DNA from: an uncultured Bacteroidota bacterium
GTDB lineage: Bacteria; Bacteroidota; Bacteroidia; 2-12-FULL-35-15
DNA: 29,840 nt
Direction: 5' to 3'
NCBI GenBank assembly: GCA_903889605.1
Contig: CAISYK010000953.1
Location: 1-29,840 of the forward strand
Under the pieces are notes generated by a model, which worked only from the letters and a program-made list of their open reading frames with translations, did no database searches and had not been told where the DNA came from. Position 1 is the first letter of the stretch; every line of letters begins with the position of its first letter. The position numbers and the translations under genes were made by a program. Below, one piece after another: positions 1 through 10,700 of the stretch.

Positions 1-186
1 CATTTTTAATATTATTAAAAGCCTGAAGTTAGAGGGGGAAAGAAATTTATACAAAAAGCTCACTTACGCTTTGGCCATAACAATGATAATTACTTTTATC
101 GTTCTTATTATTGTCTTTAAAATGGGATATATTGCTACTTATCCAACTTCGCTTTAAAGAATCTTAGTGAATTTCTATAAGCCGTT

Positions 187-1350
187 TTAATGAAGGATAA
201 CTAATTTTTTTGTAATCAATTTCTTGTTGTTTTCAGTTTCTGCAGCGATGAAGTATATGCCGTTTGGTATATTCTCAGTATTGATTTTAAAATTATTGCT
301 TTTACGGTAATTTACTTCCTGAATAACTGCTCGCCCCTGCATATCATATATTACAACCGAGTGAATATTTGAGCCTGAAACTTCAACAAAATTTTGTGCA
401 GGATTTGGGTACAAGTCATCTGAATTATTAGTTAAAGACTCTTCAATACGGTTGGCTGTAGTATTCCATCCAATTTCCTTTAAAATGCCGAGTTCCCGGT
501 AGGCTGGCCTCCTTATAGTATCTCCCGCTCCCCAGCAATAACTCATAATTGAGCCGCAAACTGAACTGTGCAGATGCAGTAAATCTACACCCAAAGTAAA
601 AGTACCGGTACCGCCGGATAATTTTATTGGCTGCCCTCCATTTGAAGGGTTTGCAAAATTCGGCCCGTCAAAATAATTTGATGTGTACTTGATGCTGTCT
701 CCTAATATTGTTGTGTTGTTTGGGGCTAAACCAACTAAATGGTTCTGGGATTTTTTAATAATAAATTTATCATAGATGGAAGGGACGCTGTCTTGCCCAT
801 GCCATGGGAATGATGCTGTTATAGGGAAAAGAGCTGATGCCGGAATGTTCCCAAATGAACCTATGTTACCCGAATTTACATAACCAGCACTATAAAAACC
901 TAATCCGTGTCCAATTTCGTGCATTATCAAAGTTATAAAGTCATCCTGACTGCCTGACGGCATTCCAGTTCCATAATACATAGGGGTAGCTAAATTGACA
1001 TAAATATCCATATCATATTCGCCGGGATTTAATTCTGTTCCAGCCAGTTGATTAGCTAATGCCGTAGGATATATAAAATTGCTGAATGGAGCATTGGTAA
1101 AGTTTTTTCGCCCGTTTGCTAAGGTAATTGCTGAAAAAGGGTATTGTGAGTTATTAACTAAAAATATATTAACCTTAACGGGTTCCGTTATTATTAGATA
1201 ATTGCCCCATCTGTCTCCGGCGCTGTTCAGAGCAGAAACAAGTCCGGCAGGAACTGAGCTTCCGTTAACATTAAAAGAAAATGTACTGGATGTTTGAGCA
1301 GTAATATGAATTACAGAAATTATAAATAAAGACAGCAGCAGTTTTTTCAT
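187..1350 (-). CDS. Secreted zinc metalloprotease-like protein with T9SS type A C-terminal sorting domain
   Basis: Sec signal MKKLLLSLFIISVIHITA-Q; zincin motif HEIGHGLGFYS (H144, nt 889-921); distal LLHLH...IMSY; C-terminal LYPNPAQN...IYDMQGR...GIYFI...KKLVILH typical of TIGR04183/Por_Secre_tail. Confidence 0.8.
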   Translation of the reverse strand: MKKLLLSLFIISVIHITAQTSSTFSFNVNGSSVPAGLVSALNSAGDRWGNYLIITEPVKVNIFLVNNSQYPFSAITLANGRKNFTNAPFSNFIYPTALANQLAGTELNPGEYDMDIYVNLATPMYYGTGMPSGSQDDFITLIMHEIGHGLGFYSAGYVNSGNIGSFGNIPASALFPITASFPWHGQDSVPSIYDKFIIKKSQNHLVGLAPNNTTILGDSIKYTSNYFDGPNFANPSNGGQPIKLSGGTGTFTLGVDLLHLHSSVCGSIMSYCWGAGDTIRRPAYRELGILKEIGWNTTANRIEESLTNNSDDLYPNPAQNFVEVSGSNIHSVVIYDMQGRAVIQEVNYRKSNNFKINTENIPNGIYFIAAETENNKKLITKKLVILH

Positions 1351-1366
1351 GTAAATTATAAATAAT

Positions 1367-1374
1367 CAAAATTA
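1367..1374 (-). promoter_or_regulatory. Possible Bacteroidota sigma70 -7 box (TAATTTTG) for the metalloprotease gene
   Basis: Exact TAnnTTTG match on the minus strand, 16 nt upstream of the ATG at 1350. No convincing -33 box, and the region is AT-rich, so a chance match is possible. Confidence 0.3.
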
Positions 1375-1707
1375 TAATCACGAAAATAATGTATATTCTT
1401 TAGACTGCAAATTAATATTGCTGCCTTAATAAATTAAAATAGGCTATTATTTTCAAAGGGGTCATTCCAAAACTGCTCATGGGTATTGCCATTGCTTACG
1501 AATGCCGTCAAGTAAATTCATCAGTAAAGTTCGCCGTATTACAGTTGCTTTAACTGCAGCAAAAAACTCGTTATTCTCACATTTGAATCCTGCGGGAAAC
1601 ATAATCTGATGTTATTCGTGTCAAAATTATGACGAACTTCGTTATCCTTATATTCACATCTTACAAGATAACACTAAATAAATATTTTATAATTTAATTT
1701 CCAATCC

Positions 1708-4700
1708 ATGAAATTTGTAAAACTACTCTCCATTGCATTATTCACTGCTTTTATTTTTCAATCGGCAAAAGCTCAAACAGTAACAGTTATTACTCCAAAT
1801 GGGGGAGAGGTGCTGTATGCCTGTCAAAGTTATAACATTACCTGGAGCCAAACTGGGAATCCGTCAAATTACTGGAACATCGATTATTCATCTAATGGCG
1901 GCGCTACATGGACTTCTGTTGCCAGTAACCTTTTGATTTCCAATGGAACTTTTGCATGGACGGTCCCTAACTTACAATCAAGTACAGTAATAATGCGAAT
2001 TGTGGATGCCGCGAATGGTAACGTAACTGATCAGAGTAATTCCAACTTTAGTATTAATATCCCAGTTACAGTAAATATTCCTAATGGCGGAGAAAGCTGG
2101 TTGGCAGGAACAACCCAGAATATCACCTGGACAGCCTTAGGAACTTCAGGGATTTTTGATATTTATTATTCTGTAAATGGAGGAAGTTCATGGAATACTA
2201 TTGTGAGCAATTATACAACAGGCGCAGGAACATATGCCTGGGTGGTGCCTAATAATCCTTCGGCATTCTGTCTTGTAAAAGTACAGGATCATACAACATC
2301 ATGCAGGGTTGATAACAGTAATACAAACTTTACAATTGTGGCTGCAACGCCTATTGTTCTCACTCCAAACGGTACTGAAACAATGTATATGAATTGTGTT
2401 TATACCATTACTTGGAACACACAGACATTTTATTCACCTGTAAAGCTGGAGTATTCAACCAACAGCGGTTCCACTTGGGTTACTATAGTTTCTTCCACAT
2501 CCAATTCAGGCGCATACAGCTGGACTATTCCAAGTACAGCGTCGGGCAGCTGTCTTGTAAAGGCCAGCAATACTGCAGATCTTGCATCTTATGATGTGAG
2601 TAATGCTGTTTTCGCAATATCTCCTGCAGTAACAGTGGTGTCGCCAAACGGAACAGAAACATTAAACGGGTGCAGCAGTTATACCATAACCTGGAACAAA
2701 ACTACCTGCGTAGGAAACTGGAATATTGCCTACTCTGCAGATAATGGCGGCAGCTGGACTAATATTGTCACCAACCTTGCTAATACAGGGGTCAACAGCC
2801 AATCATATACATGGTATGTCCCAAACAATATTACTACCTCACAAGCGCTTATCCGGGTAGAATCATATAATAATCCGGGAACATACACTGATGCGAGCAA
2901 TGCCGCTTTCAATATCAATCCAAACAATAATATTACAGTATCTGCGCCTAACGGAACTGAAACATGGATTGGATGCTCTTCTTATTCAATTAACTGGACA
3001 AAGCTGAGCGCTCCATGCAACACATATTTCGATTTATATTACTCTTTAAATAACGGGTCTACTTATAATTATATTACAACTGTAGCAGATAACGGGCAGA
3101 CTTCTCAATCATATTCATGGAGTATTCCTAATACGCTAAACAGCAGCCAATGTTTAATCAAAGTGGCATCAGACAATTGGCCTACAGTTTTTGATGTGAG
3201 CAACGCAGCATTTACAATTACTCCAAGTGCTGATGTTACAGTTTTAATTCCAAACGGAGCAGAAGTATGGCAGGGCTTAACATCTCATAACATTACCTGG
3301 AGCAATTTGTCGGGTGCATCCGGGTTATATAACGTGGAATATTCTACTAACAACGGTTCAAACTGGACTTCCCTTGCATCAAATATATCCGGGAATTCTT
3401 ATACATGGGCATCTGTTCCGAACACTCCAAGTACAACTTGCCTGGTAAGAGTTACAGATTATCTTAATCCATGTAAATATGATATGAGCAATGCGGTTTT
3501 TACAATATCAGCTGCAGCGCCTGTCCTTACATATCTGAATGGAGGCGAAATAATTAATGTTGGATGCTCATCAAGCATATACTGGACGGCGGCAACTTTT
3601 TATTCTTCGGTAAATTTATATTACTCTACCAATGGAGGAAGCAGTTATACCTTGATTGCTTCATCTTTACCTAATAACGGCTCATACAGCTGGACTGTAC
3701 CGAATGATGCCTCTGCAAATTGTTTGATAAAGGCTGCCAACTCAGCCGATGTAAATGTGTTCGATGTGAGCAATGCTCCGTTTACCATAAATGTACCGCT
3801 AACAATTACTGCAGCGAACGGAGGCGAATCTTGGATTGGCTGTAATAGCTATAATATTACCTGGACCAAATCAAATTGTCTTGGTAATTGGAATCTATAT
3901 TATTCAACTAATAATGGTTCAACCTGGACCGCTATAGTAAACTACCTTGCCAACTCAGGAACGGCCTCTCAAAGTTATTTATGGCAGGTGCCTAACGGAA
4001 TCACAACTACACAAGCAAAGATTAAAGTAGAATCGTATAATGATCCTTCAACTTATTTTGATGTGAGTGATGCAGCTTTCAATATCAACCCAAGTAACGA
4101 CATTACAGTGACAGCTCCAAACGGCGGGGAAACATTAACTGCATTAACAACATATGTAATTACATGGACCAACCTTCCTGCAGCGTCAGGACAGTATTCA
4201 CTTCAGTATTCAACCAACAATGGAGCTTCTTATTCTTCCATTGTTTCAAATATCACCGGCAACTCTTATACCTGGACAGTGCCAAATACCTCCAGCAGCC
4301 AATGTTTAGTTAAAGTTATCGACTATGTTAATACTTGTAAGTTTGATGTAAGCAATGCTCCATTTACAATAACTCCTGCCGGGCCTGTATTATTATCTCC
4401 AAACGGCGGTGAAACAGCATATATTAACTGTTACACAACCATTACCTGGGCTTCTTCAACTTTCATTTCGGCTGTTAAGCTTGAATATTCAACCAACAAT
4501 GGATCAACATGGACCCTGATCACATCAAGCACATCAAATACAGGAAGCTATAGCTGGCTTGTGCCTAATACAGTTTCGGCAAACTGTATAATAAAAGCAA
4601 GCAACACGTCCAATCTTACCTTATTCGATGTTAGTGATGCGGTATTTGCTATTGCTCCGGCAGCAACGGTAACTTCACCTAACGGCGGAGAAACTCTCAC

Positions 4701-7700
4701 AGGATGCAGCAACTATACTATCACCTGGAGCAAATCAATCTGTCTCGGCAACTGGAACTTAGAATATTCAACAAATAATGGAGTTTCATGGACTACCATT
4801 TCAAATAATATTTCCAATACTGGTGCCAACATACAATCATACAACTGGTATGTTCCTAACAGCATCACAACAGCACAGGGACTTATTCGTGTATCTTCAT
4901 ATTCAAACCCGGGAACTTATTTTGATGCGAGCAATGCTGTATTCAGTATAAATCCAAATAATAACATCACGGTTGTATCGCCAAATGGCGGCGAGGTTTG
5001 GGCAGGATGTTCCACTTATAATATTACCTGGTCAAAATTAACTTCGCCATGCAACACTTCTTTTGATTTATACTACTCTTTGAACAATGGAAGCACCTAT
5101 ACTTATTTTGCAAGCGCTTCTGATAATGGACTTGCTTCGCAGTCATATTCATGGAGTATCCCAAATACATTAAGCGGTAATCAGTGCCTTATCAAGGTGG
5201 TATCAGGCAACTGGCCTACGGTTTTTGATGTCAGCGATGCTGTATTTACTATTAATCCAAGTGTTGATATTACTGTGACAAGCCCCAATGGCGGTGAGGT
5301 TTGGCAGGGATTGTCTTCCCATGTTATCACCTGGACCAACCTGCAGGGAGCATCAGGATTGTATAATATAGAGTATTCTATAAACAACGGAACAAACTGG
5401 ATTCAATTAGCAGCAAATTATTCAGGCAATTCATATACCTGGCCGATAGTGCCTAACACGCCAAGCACAGCATGTTTGGTGAGAGTTACCGATTATCTTA
5501 CTCCATGTAAATACGATGTCAGCAATGCAGTATTTACTATTTCTCCTGCAACACCTATTCTAACATCACCAAACGGCGGTCAGACATTCAAAGTTGGCTG
5601 CGGCGCCAGTATAACCTGGACAAGCTCAACATATTATTCTACTGTAACGCTTTACTATTCATCTAACGGAGGAACAACATGGAACTCCATAGCAACAGTC
5701 GCAAATAACGGGGCTTATACCTGGACTGTTCCAAATGCCGCTTCCGGCAATTGCCTGATAAAAGCTGCCAATTCTGCGGATCTGAACGTTTTTGATATCA
5801 GCGATGCCCCTTTCACTATTAGTGTTCCTCTTACAGTCACATCCGCAAACGGCGGCGAATCTTGGGTCGGATGCAGCACTTATAACATAACGTGGACCAA
5901 AAGCACATGTATCGGTAACTGGAATATATCTTATTCAACAGATAATGGCGCAAACTGGATAGCAATAGCAAATAACGTAACTAACACAGGAGTGGCTTCG
6001 CAGTCCTACCCATGGTCTGTTCCAAACACAATTACCACAACACAGGCTCTTATTAAAGTGGAGTCCTATACCAGCCCAGGAATATATTTTGATGTCAGTG
6101 ATGCCGTGTTTACAATTAACCCAAGCAACGATTTAACTATAATAACCCCTAACGGCGGCGAAACAATCGCTTCATTAACAAATTACAATATTACATGGAG
6201 CAACCTGCCTGCAGCGTCAGGGCAATATGATTTGTATTATTCTACAAATAACGGCGGTTCCTGGACCAATATAGTTTCAAACATTACAGGTAACTCATAC
6301 ACCTGGAGTGTGCCGAATCTTTCAAGTACACAGTGTTTGATTAAAGTGTATGATTATGTCAATTCTTGTAAGTATGATGTAAGCAATGCTGTATTTACAA
6401 TTACTCCTCCAACTCCGATTCTGTTAACACCTAATGGAGGTGAAACTTTATACATTGGATGTTCTTATAATATAACTTGGAATCCTTCTACTTTTATTTC
6501 CACAGTAAACCTTGACTATTCTACCAACGGCGGAATTACCTGGCTGCCTATTTTGGCCGGTACAGCAAATGACGGAACACAATCATGGACAATTCCAAAC
6601 ACTCAATCACTGAATTGTCGTGTTAGAGCAAGCAACTCCATAGATGTTTCAATATTTGATATCAGTGATGCTTCATTCACAATTGCACCATCGGTACAGG
6701 TTATTACCCCTAACGGAGGTGAAACACTAACAGGATGCAGCAGTTATAACATAACATGGAACAAAACAAATTGTGTCGGAAGCTGGAATATACAGTACTC
6801 ACTAAATAATGGTGTTTCCTGGACAAATATTGTGACCAACCTGACTACAACCGGACCAAATTCCCAAACCTATATCTGGTATGTGCCAAATAACCTAACC
6901 ACAACTCAAGGCCTTATTAAGGTATCTTCATATTTAAACCCTAGTACTTATTGGGATCAAAGTAATGCAGTATTCAGCATCAACCCTAGTAACAACATTG
7001 TGTTGATTACACCAAACGGCGGAGAAACCTGGACGGGCTGTCAGTCATATAATATTACATGGTCTAAGTCATCATCTCCCTGCAACACAAATTACGATTT
7101 ATACTACTCTTTGAATAACGGAGTTTCTTATGTTTATTTTGCAAACGTCGCGGATAATGGTAATCCTACTCAAACTTATTCATGGACCGTTCCTAACACA
7201 ATTTCAAGCACTCAGGTATTAATCAAGGTCGTTTCCGGTAATTGGCCTACAGTTTTTGATGTAAGCAATGCGGTTTTTAATATCAACATGAATGTAGATG
7301 TAACTGTTACTTCACCTAATGGAGGGGAGTCGCTGCAGGGGCTTTCAACTCAGGTGATTACCTGGAACAACTCTGTTTATGCATCTGGGTTATACAATAT
7401 TTATTATTCTACTAATGGCGGTTCTACATGGAACACAATCGCCACAAACGTGTTTGCAAACTCTTATACCTGGAGTGTACCTAATACACCAAGCACCACA
7501 TGCTTAATAAAAGTGGAAGATTATCTTGCCGACTGCAGATTCGATATTAGTAATGCAAATTTTACAATTTCTCCGGCTACGCCTATACTTCTTACACCAA
7601 ACGGCGGAGAAGTATTGAATTCGGGTCAGACTTATGGTATCACATGGACAGCTTCTACATATTTTTCTACAGTGAATCTTTATTATTCCGCAGATAACGG

Positions 7701-10700
7701 TATTACATGGAACACAATTGTTACTAATCAGACAAATAGCGGCTCTTATACATGGACAGTTCCAAATGTGAATTCCGCTAACTGCCTGGTAAAAGCTGCA
7801 AACTTTGCTGATGTGACAATATTTGATGTCAGCGATGCGGTATTTACGATCAAACCTGCCGTGAAGATTGTTACTCCTAACGGAGGAGAAAGTGTCGGCG
7901 GATGCACGGTAACGTCTATTACCTGGGAGAGATCTCCATATTGGAACTCATATAAAATTGAATACTCCACTAACAATGGTGCATCCTGGAATACAATAGC
8001 CGCAAGTTACTCAACGTCTGCAAACCCTGCTACGTATATCTGGACATTGCCAAATACTGCATCTGCTCAAACATTAGTAAGAGTAACACCTACACTTGCG
8101 GTTTCCTATTATGACCAAAGTGATAATGTATTTACAATAACGCATCCTGTAACTATTATTCAGCCAAACTTAGGCGGAACAATGACGGTGGGAAACACAT
8201 ATAATATCACATGGAACTCGGATGGTATTTCGAATTTATATGATATTTATTATTCAACCAATGGAGGTACTTCTTATACCAATATTGTAACAGCTTATAA
8301 CACAAGTACAAATATATACGCATGGACAGTTCCTAATTTCCCATCTACTAACTGTAAGATTTGGGTAAAGGATAATACAGCTTCATGTAAACAAGATACC
8401 AGTGATGTAGTTTTTACAATTAGTTTAACAGCGGCTCCTATTACAGTGCTTACTCCAAACGGCGGTGAGAACCTGAGCGGGTGCTTCCCATATAATATTA
8501 CCTGGTCCGAACCTACAACAATCGGAACATATGACATATTATATTCAACTAACAGCGGATCTTCATGGAATAATATTGTAACCGGATATGCAACTTCATC
8601 ACATAACTATGCCTGGAATATCCCCAATACGATAAATTCCAGTACCTGCCTCATAAGGGTAAGGTCGACATCAACCCCAACAACCTATGATCAGAGTGAC
8701 GCTTTGTTGAGTATCCACTACGGAAACCTAACTGCGCTGCCATCAGATACAACAGTATGCTCCGGGCACACAGTGCAGCTTAATGCTTCCAATGGCGTTA
8801 ATTATACATGGAGTCCATCAACCGGATTAAGCTGCACTTCTTGTGCAAATCCTATAGCTACTCCTTTAGCTGGCACAACTTATACCGTTACATCAACTAA
8901 TAACGGATGTATCTTAACCGATACTGCACGTATTAATGTTTTTACTGCATCAGTAACAATCGCCGCATCTCCTGCCGGAACAATTTGTACAGGAACAAGC
9001 GTTACATTCACTGCCGCACCTGTAAATGGCGGAACAACACCTGCGTATCAATGGTATCTGAATGGGACGCCGACAGGTTCGAACAGCCCAACCTTCACAA
9101 ATTCAGGCTTAGCTAATGGTAATCAGGTTTATTGTGTCATGACATCTAATGCCCCTTGTCTGATAACTAACACCGCCACTTCCGGTACAATTACTATGAA
9201 TGTAATTTCTATACCGGCTGTTCCAGGAACCATCTCTGGAACAACGACTATTTGCTCGGGAACAAGCAACACCTACAGCATAACAGCGGTGAGCGGAGCA
9301 ACTTTTTATACATGGACATTGCCGGGCGGCTGGACAGGAACCTCTACTACAATTAGTATACCATCAACATCCAGCAGTACAAGCGGAAACATTACAGTGA
9401 CATCAGGAAATACATGCGGATCTAGTTCCGCTAAAACACTTGCTGTTACCGTGAATGTCATTCCTTCCACTCCCGGCACTATTTCTGGTCTTACAACTAT
9501 CTGCAGCGGAACAAGCAATACATACAGCGTTATTGCAGTGAGCGGAGCAACATCTTATTCATGGACATTACCAGGCGGTTGGACAGGAACTTCCGCAACA
9601 AACAGTATTACAGCAACCGCAAGCACAACAAGCGGCAGTATTACGGTGACTGCAAATAACAGCTGCGGAAACAGTTCTGCACAAACATCAGCAATTATTG
9701 TTAATACAACACCGGCAATGCCAGGAACAATTTCAGGAACGACTCCAATTTGTGCCGGTTCCACAAACACATACAGCGTCACAGCTGTGAGCGGAGCATC
9801 ATCATATACTTGGACATTACCTAACGGCTGGACAGGAACTTCTGCAGCCGCTAGTATCAGCGCTGCGGCAAGTACAACCAGCGGCAATATAACAGTTACC
9901 GCAGACAATACATGCGGAAGCAGTGCAGTAAAAACATTGGCCGTTATTGTAAATTCAATACCTGCTGTACCTGGAACAATTACGGGTTCAGCAACCATTT
10001 GCCAGGGCAGTTCAAATACATACAGCATAACAGCAGTAAGCGGTGCAGCTTTTTATACCTGGACATTGCCAGGCGGCTGGACAGGTACTTCATCAACAAA
10101 TAGCATTACTTCAACTGCTGGCAATACAAGCGGAAACATCACAGTGACTGCCGGAAACACTTGCGGATCAAGTTCAGCTCAAACACTTGCAGCTACTGTG
10201 AATTTGATTCCAAATGCACCTGGAACAATTTCAGGCCTTTCAACAATATGCAGCGGAACAAGTAATACTTACAGCATCACTGCTGTGAGCGGAGCAGCGT
10301 CTTATACTTGGACATTACCTGGCGGCTGGACTGGAACTTCTGCAACAAACAGTATAACTGCAGCCTCAAGTACAACCAGCGGCAATGTTACTGTAACTGC
10401 CAATAACAGCTGCGGAAGCAGTTCTGCACAAACGTTACCAATAACTGTTAATACCCCCCCGGCAATACCTGGAACGATTTCAGGAACTACTCCAATTTGT
10501 TCTGGTACTTCAAATACTTATAGTATTACAGCCGTAAGCGGAGCAACATCTTATACATGGACGCTCCCTAATGGCTGGACAGGCACTTCAACAACCGCAA
10601 GTATAACTGCTGCGGCAAATACAACCAGCGGAAGCCTTACTGTAACTGCAAACAATGGATGCGGCGGAAGTGCAGTAAAAACCTTAGCCGTAAATGTCTA

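Noticed and set aside
1-40. CAT at 1-3 as the start codon of a minus-strand gene beyond the window
   Set aside because: It is plausible given the A-rich leader, but no coding sequence is visible to support it.
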